Shown: positions 27,101 through 39,100 of the stretch, piece by piece
How positions within the stretch are numbered: the first letter of the stretch is position 1
How the letters are laid out: every line of letters starts with the position of its first letter
Assembly (NCBI GenBank): GCA_048128005.1
Contig: JBEUKZ010000031.1
Span: forward strand, 248,001 to 312,000
Source of the DNA: Veleropilina oligotropha
Lineage: Eukaryota
Direction: 5' to 3'
Length of the DNA stretch: 64,000 nucleotides
Notes under the pieces: generated by a model
The model's input: the letters and a program-made list of their open reading frames with translations, nothing else
What the model was told of the DNA's origin: nothing
Database searches by the model: none
Made by a program: the position numbers and the translations under genes

Positions 27101-30100
27101 TCCAAACCAATCCCGGGCCCCGAGCCACTTATATCTGTTGATGATACTCAAGAGCCACAACTTTTAAATAATACATGTATCAGAAATGAGCTCTAACTAT
27201 ATATCATGAGCTTGAATATGCAGTATTTCATCTGTTTCGTTTATGCTTTTTCAGATCAATTATTGCGGTATTTGAGAAGCATGTCGTGCTCAAGGGAATC
27301 TCTCTGATGCGCTTTATACCGCCATCATATTTCTTTTATAATGAAACCAGTAATCCGCAGAATGCTGGATTCTGCACTCCAGCCGGAAATTGTCTTCCTG
27401 CTGGCCTCCTGAACATCAGCAGGTACAAGCAAGGTGAGTATCTCTGACAGGTACAAGCAAGGTGAGTATCTCTGACAGGTACCAACGAGGTGAGTATCTC
27501 TGACAGGTACCAACAAGGTGAGTATCTCTGACAGGTACAAGCAAGGTGAGTATCTCTGACAGGTACAAGCAAGGTGAGTATCTCTGACAGGTACCAACAA
27601 GGTGAGTATCTCTGACAGGTACCAACAAGGTGAGTATCTCTGACAGGTACAAGCAAGGTGAGTATCTCTGACAGGTACAAGCAAGGTGAGTATCTCTGAC
27701 AGGTACAAGCAAGGTGAGTATCTCTGACAGGTACAAGCAAGGCGAGTATCTCTGTCAGGTACAAGCAAGGTGAGTATCTCTGACAGGTACAAGCAAGGTG
27801 AGTATCTCTGACAGGTACAAGCAAGGCGAGTATCTCTGACAGGTACAAGCAAGGTGAGTATCTCTGACAGGTACCAACAAGGTGAGTATCTCTGACAGGT
27901 ACAAGCAAGGTGAGTATCTCTGACAGGTACAAGCAAGGCGAGTATCTCTGACAAGTACAAGCAAGGTGAGTATCTCTGACAGGTACAAGCAAGGTGAGTA
28001 TCTCTGACAGGTACAAGCAAGGTGAGTATCTCTGATAGGTACAAACAAGGTGAGTATCTCTGATAGGTACAAGCAAGGTGAGTATCTCTGTCAGTTGAAA
28101 ACTAGTTTAATATCTCCGGTTGAATGAAGACCTGGATTGTTGCATTTTAGCATACCGTATTTATTCCATATGTAGCGCCACTTCCAAATATATCGCACTC
28201 ACTTTTTCAATTTTGATTTTTCGAACATTTGTCTACTGTAGTTGGCATGTACAGCACTCTGAGCGATATTCTTGTTACATGTATTTACACGGTGTTTAAG
28301 TTCAAATGAGACGAGAGTTTCGACAACATACTTGACGGAAACTAGCGACATTTGCCGTTGCTACTAGTTCAAACGAGACGAGTGTTTCTGCTACAGACTT
28401 GACGGAAACTATAAACATGTGCCGATGCTTCTTGACAGATGTTGTCTGAGAAACGGTTTGACCTATATCGTTGACCATGTGCACTTATGAGGTCGCATCG
28501 CATGTAATTATAAGGGGCTTTCACGTTTATAAATCTATGTGGACTCCACATATTGGACAGAAATTGGATGCAGGTACAGTATCTAAAATAACAATCAATT
28601 CGATAAATACGCAGTAGCAGTAAAATTGGATAGCGAAGTGGTGGGACACATTCCGAGAGAAATTAACAAACTTGTCCATTTGTTTTTGAAACATGGCGGA
28701 AAAGTTGTATGCAGCGTAACCAGTGATGAGTATACACATTCGCCGGTAGCTGGAGGATTGGAAATTGAATGCTATATTCGATTTGCTGGAATAAAACTAT
28801 TGGTGGACAAACTTAAATGTCTATTTCAAGAAAAGTAGTAAGAAATTATAACCTAATATTATGGCTTCATATTATTATAATAATAGTACCCTGTTGTGAC
28901 TCCCTTCATAATAAAAGTTACGCGCCCGGCGCTATATATGGAACTAGATGCTCAGTCACGAGTGACCGTATATGTATCCCCCGGTAATGACCTGTCTAGA
29001 GCGATCACAAGGAATTATGCTTTAAAATCCAAGATGATGACCACAGCGGCCATCTTGGAGGTCGGACCACACCCAAAATCTATAGGTGTCGTGTCCCCAC
29101 CCAAACCAATGCACATACTAAATTTGAAAACATTCCGTTAAGAAACTAGAGCAATCACAAGCAATTACACAAGCAATTATGGTGGTCGTGGTGGCCATCT
29201 TGGAGGTCAGACCATACCCAAGATATATGTCGTTTTGTGCTTACTCGTAATGATACTTGCAAACAATTTTTTTTTAATTTGTTTCTTGCATTTTTTTTCT
29301 TATAATTGTATTAATATATACATATGGCCACTCTGAATTGAATGCCGCAAATTTCAGGTCTGTACACCACGTCGGTCTCTAGTTCTGGCCTTATTAAGAA
29401 AAATTACTAGCCGCTCCTGTAGAGCCACCTCCTCTACATATACAGATTAAAAAAAACAATTATGAAATATAACAAAGTAATTTTTTATTTGGCCGCAAGG
29501 GAGAGGTTGCCAAGGCGACAATACATTAAAGTATCAATATGAAATAAATATCCACAGATATCTTAAATAATGCAACCTCTCAAAATACCCAAAACAAAAA
29601 CGGCCCCAAAATTTTAACACCCTAGACACATAGAGACAAAATGCCCTGCCCCATTTTAATAGACACAGATAATTTGGTTTCGGTCGAAAACTCCAAATAT
29701 TCTAAGTAGGCATCGGAACGCCAATCCCCGTGCAGTTGAATAAGTTCCCCGGGAACACCCGAACGAAACGCCCATGAGGCCCCGCCCCGGCGAAAGCTAT
29801 GGCCCGAGTAACTCAAGGCTGGGAACCCAATTAACGCAAGTAAACGTCGCAAGTGAAGCGTAAAGGATGAATGTGTCAACGGCACGAACCCATTCGAGGC
29901 AGGGTACATAAACAAAGGGGAGTCAGCGGGTACGTTAACCGCCTCCGTCATACGCATAAAGGCAGTCACCGGACATAACGGTGACCCCGGAATACTGGAG
30001 AGGGGCACGAGCAAATAACGCTCACACGCTTGAATCGTTTTCGACCACTTAATGTATACTAAAAGTCCTGTCTCACAAAGAAAAATATCTTTACGCTGTA

Positions 30101-33100
30101 AGTGCTTCTTACTATCAAACTTAGAAGCGGAAGGAGGCACAATATTAGATTTACGTGCAAATAGAAAGAATCCAAATAAAAAGGCACACCATAACGTACA
30201 ATGAAGCGGATCTGACAAATTTAAAACATTGTAAAGTTTCAATAAAATATCCGGCGACATCGGTAGCACTTTACGCTTTGTGTGTTGTAAGATATTCGTA
30301 AGCCCTCGCATTAATAGTTTATAGCGATATGAACTTTGATGGGCGAAAACAAGGTTACACAATTGGTGCAATACTTGTACACCATGGACATAATTAGTTA
30401 TAGATTGAGTGCTTTTAAGTGAACGTGCAAGAAACTGTACAAAACAGCAAGCCATATCACATGTGGCTGGTAAGGGATTTACATATTTAAAGTACATGCA
30501 AAGTATAAAGTAAGTTCTCCATTGAGACCATAAATTACTCATCGATCCTGTAGCAAAAGCTGACTGCAGCGTCTTATTTGTCTGCTCTCTTAAGACATCG
30601 AGCTCATCTGTGAAGGACAAGCAAGGTATCATTATTAAATGCTGAAACGGATTTATGCACATTATAATCTGGAGTCACAAACAAATAAGGAATCAGGAAT
30701 AGATATAACAGTGACGTTCTTAATGTCTATCAACTGTCGAAATTTGCTTGATTCTAATTCTGGATTTAAATGCCACCGTGATAAACAATCCGGGAGTCTA
30801 TTTGATGCACCAGGGACATGCACCGCGCAGCTGGAATTCATACACCGCCGAATAGTAGCACATTTCTCGTAGGAGGCAAAGCATATTTGAGTCCTTGCAG
30901 CGTCCAGAATTAATTACTGTCACCGTAGATAGATTGTCACAGTTTATTCTTATACGTTTACCTTTCCAATGATTACACCACAGTTTCACTGAAATTACGA
31001 CTGTCAATATTAACTCAAGTGTATTGATATGGTGGCCTTTTTCAGCAATAAAGTCTGGAAATACACAATGGAAATACTCTGTACCGCATATTGCGCCACC
31101 ACCAGTTAAACAGGCGTCGGAAGCGAATACTTTGTCCGGTTGGGACCATATATCTTCTGGAATTATCGAAACCCCATTGTACTCCTTCAGAAACGTGTGC
31201 CACCATGACAAGTCTTTCTTAAATTCAGCATTTATGCGAAACCTGTGTCGTGGCCGGGCAAGCGTGCGCAAAGTACACAACATACGGGACACGCATAACC
31301 TTCCAGGATACACACATTTAGCGACAAATTGCAACTTTCCAATTAGCGACTGTAGCTGTTGTTTATTTGCTTTCGTTGTAGACAACCACTTACATATTAG
31401 TTCTGAAATTTCTTTTAACCTAGACGTAGTTACCTCCCTCGTCATTTTCACCGAGTCAAATGTTATCCCTAGAAATTCCATCCTGGTTGTGGGAGCAACA
31501 GCTTTATTTGTGGCTTCCACTAACCCTGCTTTTTGCAAAGTGTCTTGTAAATATTGATACGCAGAGTTTGATTTTTCAGGTGAATCGGCGCCGGCAAAGT
31601 CATCTAGATAATTACAAACGCTGAATCCAGCGTGAACACACAGATACGATATCGCGGAGGTCACTCTCTGACACATCATGGCGGCCGAACGAAGACCCAT
31701 CGCTAAAACGTTATCGATAAATATTTGTCCACGCCAAGTATATCCCAAAAGGTGCAAATCACCCGGATCAACCGGAAATTGTCTATACGCTCGGCGAAGG
31801 TCACGCTTGTATAGTAAACAATGTCTTCCTTTAGCTATCATTAATTCGCCAAAAGTGTCCACTGTCGGATAATTTAATGTGAAAGGTTCTCCTAAATACG
31901 TGTTCGTGGGAATACCATCATTCACTGAATATTCTTCAGGGAAGCTTAAGTCTAAAATAACCCGACGATCCGAAGTGTCCCTCTTAGGCACTGAATTGAG
32001 TGGTGACAACATTAGTGGACATATAAACGGATTGTCTTCGAATGGACCGAGTACACCATTCAAGGAAATTTCCTTCAATATATAACTGTCAATATGGTTA
32101 GCAAATAACAATGCCCCACGATGATTTCTCTGTCCACACACTGGCAACTGGGCCTTGTTATAGCCCAGCGGCCAACCGAACTGTAAATAATCTACAATAA
32201 TGGAATCATTATAATGACACAACTTATCATGAAAAAATTGTACGTTAATGGCAGACGGGACGGGATGCCTACAACATAAATAATTAGGCAAACCAGAAGA
32301 ATAAATTGAAGCATGCATATCAATAAAATATTGTATGTTAGATACCGCAGCGGGAGGCCAAGCTGGAATCTTACATGCTGCAAAGGAAATTGTTTTGGAC
32401 ATATTCATAGATGAAAATACAGGAGTCCAAATAGGCACACGTTCGTCGTTTGCAAACAAATAAAATCCAGCACATCCAGTAACCGACTTGTAATACACAC
32501 TGGTTTCATCAACCGAATAACTGCTTTTCACACTAGCTGCATTAACCGTATCACTGCTGAACACACTGGCTTCATCAGCCATGTCACTGCTAAACACACT
32601 GGCTTCATCAGCCATGTCACTGCTACACACACTGGCTTCCTCGGCCGTATCACTGCTATACACACTGGTTTCTTCAACCGTATCACGGTAAAACACACTG
32701 GCTTCATCAGCCGTAATGCTGATACACACACTGGCTTCTTCAGCCGTATCACTGATATACACACTACCGTTATCAGCCGCATCACTGTAATTAACATCGC
32801 TTTTAATAGCCGATTTACTCTCACTGTCTACAGATGAACGTTTAACCATTTTTGTTGACCTGGTTACAGCATCGAGCCGGTTACTGCATTGGCGTCGTCA
32901 CGCTTTATTCGCTTCACGAATCGGACAATCGCGTGTTTCTGGGTGGTTTCGCACCAACCCTTCCTTTAACACGTAGCACACATATGGTCGACCATTCGTT
33001 TCTGCCCAAGCACCAGCGCTTCGTGCGAACCAGAAAATTTACATTTGTCTGACTGGTACGCTTCTTGCCAATTATGGATGTTTTACTAGACATGCCTGCC

Positions 33101-36100
33101 AATCATACAGTTTGCTATGGTAGCACACTAAAGCGAGCAACTCTAATCGACCAGATCGTTCTCTTTCAGTGAGACCCAATATCGTCGAATTAACTACTTG
33201 CAGTTCGCCTGCCACCAATAGTGGAAGATCCAAATCTTTATACACTGAACTACTTTAAAAAAGCACCAATTAGAAAATCATACGATTTTAATTGTAGGGT
33301 GAATAAAATGGTAACTACTGACGAACATGTACTCAATGACAATACATGAACACTACCAGTGTGATTGTGTCCTATAAATGTGCGTTGAAAAGCGTCCTAG
33401 GCACAATCGACAAAACACAACAAATTGCACGTGCAAAGTGTGTCGATGACCAAATCTGTGATTTTTTCATGCAGTTGTTGGGTATAAAGGCCGAGCATCC
33501 GAACGCTAATCGCAGTTACATTGAAAATTTCATATGCGCTGTTTTATGCGATGCCCAGATTATCACCAGATGAACGTGGCCGTGCCATAGGTATGGCGCA
33601 GGCCGGATTGGCCGCACGCGATATCGCACGTCAACTTGGGTGCCACCATTCAACCATCCTGAGACTGATCATCCGTTTCCAGCAGACTGGGGTTTCAAGG
33701 GACCGACCACGCCCGGGCCAACCACTGGTGACCACGCCGCGACAAGACCGCAACATTGTACGCGCGCACCTGCGTGATCGGACCCTGCCGGCGAGCAGAA
33801 CTGCCCCAACTGTTATGGGACGAAGAGGACCAATCTGCGCCCATACAGTCCGTCGTCGTCTCCGTAACGCCAGGCTCTGCTGTAGACGCCCCTACGTCGG
33901 CCCCATTTTAACACAACGACACAGAAATGCCCGTTTACAGTGGGCCAACCGGCACCGGCAATGGAGATTGCAGCAATGGCATGGGGTTATGTTTTCCGAC
34001 GAGTCCCGATTTCATTTGAGAAACGCTGATGGCCGTGTACGGGTGTGGCGTCGGCAAGGGGAAAGATATCGTGACGACTGTGTCGTTCAGACTGACCGAT
34101 GGGGAGGGGGCAGCGTAATGGTATGGGGCGGCATTAGCCATGACAACAGGACAGAGCTTCATGTCTGCAGAGGGAGGGTCAATGCTGTCTACTACCGTGA
34201 CAACATTCTGAGACAGCACGTGCTACCAGAGTTCGGGCAACGTCGTGGACAGCTACACACCTTTCAACAAGACAATGCCAGGGTCCACACGGCACGTGTA
34301 TCCATGGACTTCCTTGAGCAACACAACATCCCAGTCCTGCCATGGCCTGCTCTATCACCGGATCTTTCGCCTATTGAGCATGTGTGGGATGAGATTGGGC
34401 GTCGCCTATCACGTCTCCCCCAAATGAACAACGTCCGCCAACTTGAGGCTGCATTGCAGCAGGAATGGCGACAACTCCCCCAGGCATCCATCAGGGCGTT
34501 GATCCTATCCATGAGGCGGAGATGCACAGCCTGCGTTAATGCCCAAAGTGGACACACTCGATATTGACTTTTGATTTAACCCCCCCGTGTGTTCATGCCT
34601 AGATTAAATACAAAACCATGATTGGATTTCGTATCTGTTATCGTTTTTGTTTAGGTGTATAATCGCTACACATTGGTGCAAAAAATCATGTTCCTATTTA
34701 GTTTCTTTCTGGCATTTTTTATCAAAAGATCATGTGGTGCGTTTTTAATGTAGTTCAGTATATTTTAATGCTTGGCCAGCATACTGGTAACGCAACTTCG
34801 TATGAGGCCAGATCAATTGACATTGCACATTGTCCGTTATCTTAAGTTCTTGCCCTGACTTTTAAGATTTTATCACCAGAGGTTGAACTAATGTTTATTT
34901 GCTTACCAGTAACTGACCTGTCTGCTTCGTTCATATTTGGAATTAGCTGTTGCACACCGTTCTCCGTCAACACTTGATTTAGTTGCCTTTCGGCATTGCC
35001 GACCAAGGTCTCCATACTTCGTAGGTCTTGAATATTTACGTTACCGGTACTCGATCCTCCTTCACGCGTCTCTATCGCCGGTGCAGTCTCCGTTGTCTCG
35101 GTTAATCTTCGCTTCAATCGAACAATTTCTTCTTTCTTTTCCTTTAACTTTAACATTTTTGACAATTTTGCTTCTTCTTTCTCGAGATCTGCTAGCTGTT
35201 TGTCCAGATCATCGAGATCGTCTTCGGGGGTGCTGACATCGTCTGACACAACCTCTTTCGCTGCCATTGCTTTCACCGAACGAAATCCTGTTTTACTTAA
35301 TAAACTATAGTTTAGTCGACCGGTACGACGGTTGTTCATGAAGTTGTTGAGTACACCATTCAAGGAAATAAATGTTAAATTGCAAATACTATAGCTTTAT
35401 AAACGGTCACTTGGACGAACTGTCGGTCTCGACTCTCTAATTGGTGGCCATTTTGTTAGTTTTTTCGAATTTTCCTAATTTAAAATATCTAAGCTCTAGC
35501 ATCAATATTAACCGAGTTGGCCATTTTCTGGCAAACATGTCTTTTTCCTTAATTAGGTCATTTCCTGCAATGTAGGTCAACTGATGTCAAAGGTCAAGGT
35601 CACATGTGAAAGATCAACCATGACTTCCCATAGGCTCCACATAGTAACTATGTGTCCACGGTGCATCCTTTTTGATATATTGCTATTTGAAACAAATTGC
35701 TTTAATGGCTGCCGAGGCACTTCGTGCTTTCCAATTTTATCTGGCATAATTGGTAAATGTTGACTACATACGTCAAAAGCAGTTCACTTTATCCATTATA
35801 GGCACACATATATCCATTTTTCCTTAATTACGGTATGTCATTTAGAGCAATGTAGGTCATCTGAGGTCAAAGGTCATGGTGGCATTTGAAAGCCCAACCA
35901 TGACTTCCCATAGGCTCCCCATAGTGACCATGTGTCTACATTGCATCATTTCAAGAAATAGCCATTTTAAAGACCCTTAAATTAAAATCCAAAATGGCCG
36001 CCGGTTAAATTTAAAAATCCAATTCCATGACATTTTAAACAATTACGTCGGGTATCTGAATATATAAATCATGTCACGCTTGGTTAAATATTAACAAATT

Positions 36101-39100
36101 TATAAAATAAAATAGTTTTCTAATGAAATTCAAGATGGCCGCCAAAATATTGGGGTCACGTGACCCAAAATATATAGGTGTCGTGTCCTCGTCCCAACCA
36201 ATGCACATATCAAATTTGAAAACATTCCGTCAAGAAATGGCTTGTCTAGAGCGATCACAAAACGTGCTTAAAACCCAAGATGGACGCCCCAACCGATGCA
36301 CATACCAAATTTGAAAACATTCCGGTAAGCCTGCCTAGAGCGATCACGAGGAATCTCTCGGCGGCGGCGTATCGAATGCTAAACCATAGTATCCCCCGAT
36401 ACTTTCGTTTCCGGGGATACAATAAATACGGTAGTTGTAATGGCTGACATTCCATATCTCCACGAATTTTCTGTAAGGATACTGTAATCAATTCAGAAAG
36501 AAATTTAACTAAGGGTCAGCATGGCCGAGTGGATACGGTGTTGGTTTACAAACAGACTGTCTATTGTTCATTTCCCTAGATTTCATGGATATTTCCTAGG
36601 ATCGCGGATTCCATTGCACACAGCATCAATTCATTTCATCTTTCAAAATTGATAAACCCGGTTTATGACTGAAATGCTGTTGACATTTAACATCGATTCA
36701 CCATCATATCGACGCCTTAGGGCAGCAAACCTGTAAATTAGATAATAATTGGACGCCTTAGGGCAACAATCCTGTAACTGTAGTGTTAGAGTATTGAAAT
36801 TACAGGTTTGTTGCCCTAGAGCATCACAGAGTGTAGTTACAGGGTTGTTGCCTTAAGGCGTCGATATGAGACTAAATACACTCTTTTCCAGTTGGAAGCC
36901 GAATTATAAATTGGTAAAAAATTTATTGTTTGACAAATAAAGATTACGAAATTCATATTGATTTCGCTGATATTATCATCGCTTGAAGAGGATAGACAAG
37001 TGGACAGATATTTTGTCCAGAGCCTATAGTCTTCAGGGGTAGAAATTCACAGAAAAAACAACTTGTATCAGGTGCCACTTTAATATCTATGACATGTATC
37101 TATGACCATATATAACACTGTATTGTGAGATTGGATTTAATCAACAAGCTTAATCAGGTATGTTTATACATGTTTGAGGAAAACTCTGGTTTAGAGGTCA
37201 TCAAATTGTTCTACTTGAGTTACAGTGCGCAAGTTCTGGTTAGATCTAACTTGCTTTTCAGAATTTATACTTGATTTGCGCAAGCATTATTTCGACCCTG
37301 CTATTGGCCTTGTATGCCAACTTCATGTATTAAATGTGGTATGCTAACCCACCTTGACCTCCCCTTGTGCTTAATCGGGCTTCTTAGTTCTGTATATGCC
37401 AACTGCATGTAATGTGGTATGCTAACTCACCTTGGCCTACCCTTGCGCTTTTTGTCCAGACTTTATCGGGCTTCTATATATGCCACCTAATGTGACCTTC
37501 ATGTAATGTGGTATGCTAACTCACCTTGATCTACCCTTGCACTTTTTGTCCAGACTTGATCGGGCTTCTTAGTTGTGTATATGCCAACTTCATGTAATGT
37601 GGTATGCTAACTCACCTTGACCTACCCTTGCGATTTTTGTCGAGACTTTATCGGGCTTCTATGTATGCCAACTTCATGTAATGTGGTATGCTGCTAACTC
37701 ACCTTGACCTACCCTTGCATTTTTATGCCACCACCAATTTATTGGGGTGGCATTTAGATTTACTCTTGTCCATCCCGTCCGTCCGTCCCGTCCCGTCCCG
37801 TCCTGTCCGTCCGTCCCGAAACCAGTATTTGCGTGTAAGCAACTTCAATCTGCTATAACTTCTATTTGCCTTCATGGATTGACTTGATACTTTGTACACT
37901 GCCCCTATGGTCAAGGCTGCCAGTGGGGGCATTCGTGTCCGATGGACATATTTCTAGTCTGCTTCTGTTTTAGCCAGTATATTTATTGTGAGAAATATAC
38001 TTGATTTATCAAAGCTGTATATTATCTTATCTGGAATATTTCAGATGCCCCTGTTGTGAGCTCACAGCCTCACTTTTATCAAGCTGCACCTGAGGTACAA
38101 AATGGCATCGGTGGATTGTCACCGAACAAGAGGGAGCATGAAACATACCTAGATCTGGAAGCGGTAAGTGATCAGTTCTTGATCTGTGTTCTGAATTGAG
38201 GTAACTTGTTTGGAAATTTGGAAATGCATAAATATTATCTCAGCAGGTGGATATTAAGTACATGTAGTAAATATATATTTACTTTGAACAAAATGTTCGA
38301 AACGATAACGACATTTCGGTCTGTCTACTGTGGACTTGGGTCACCTAATGATGGTTTATGAATTAGCGCTCTAGGTGGCAGGATAATATATAAAAACTAT
38401 TTAATATTTATTAACCATGTAATTCTTGAAACCAAGACCAATTTATTCCATAATCTCAGCAGGTGACATTGATCATGCACGAGGGAGTATAAACAAATAT
38501 TTGCAATATCATAGAACCCAATATAACATATCATCATGGACTAGATAAACACATATCATCAGGGACTATATAAACACATATCATCAGGGATTACCGTATT
38601 GACCCGCATATAAGCGCACGCGCCTATAAGTGAGTATGCGCCTCTATGTGAGACGCTTTATATTTTCTCCGATGAAAACCATTATTCACATATATAGGCG
38701 CACCATGCATAAAAAGTGACTCGAACGTCACACTGATATTGCATTCTTTCATGTTCTATAGGCCTACGTTAAATGGTCAACAATACTTCCCAAATCAGTC
38801 TCATCAATAAAATACGTGAGGTCTGCCATTTTTCAAATTTCCATGTGCTTTGTTATTGGCTACAAGTGTTGATCACGTGATAAACAAGTGACTCAAACGT
38901 TTTTTTAGTTTATTTTGTGTTAAATTGTTATTTCTCAATTTCTCAATTGAGGCATAATCAATATTAAGTATATATTCACTTATATGGGCATGCGAATATT
39001 GCAGGGCACCTATATTCCAATATAGGCGCATGCGCCTCTATGCGAGACAAAATTTTTTTCAATGATCAGTTAATATGCAATAATTTGCTTATAGGCGCAT

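Larger units (their letters stand above)
32898..35339 (-). pseudogene. Ngaro-like gag, interrupted by Tc1 and frameshifted
   Basis: Coiled-coil N-terminus; removing Tc1 plus one TA restores KSGQELKITD..LIWPH..ALKYKDLDLPLLVAGEL; C-terminal Cys/His cluster HMCATC...HPETRDCP. Confidence 0.8.
29320..35450 (-). mobile_element. Ngaro-like tyrosine-recombinase retrotransposon, defective; ends approximate
   Basis: gag, RT/RNase H and YR in tandem, no methyltransferase domain, no ITRs; termini not resolved. Confidence 0.85.
28944..36420 (-). mobile_element. HINE-like element inserted at AA inside the pogo-like TIR; hosts the Ngaro-like element
   Basis: CTAG end plus hairpin cagtcacgagtgaccg plus subTIR gtatcccccgg at left; gtatcccccg..ccggggatac stem at right; same architecture as 23772-24595. 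Confidence 0.75.
28155..36431. mobile_element. pogo/Tigger-like TA-flanked element carrying a HIRAN-like gene remnant; right TIR split by a later insertion
   Basis: Left TIR ccgtatttattccatatgtagcgcc (28155-28179); right TIR = ggcgctatatatggaa (28928-28943) + taaatacgg (36423-36431); TA at both flanks. Confidence 0.8.

Noticed and set aside
27325..28076. Minus-strand repeat ORFs (YLSEILTLLVPVRDTH...)
   Set aside because: Antisense translations of the 28-bp donor array.
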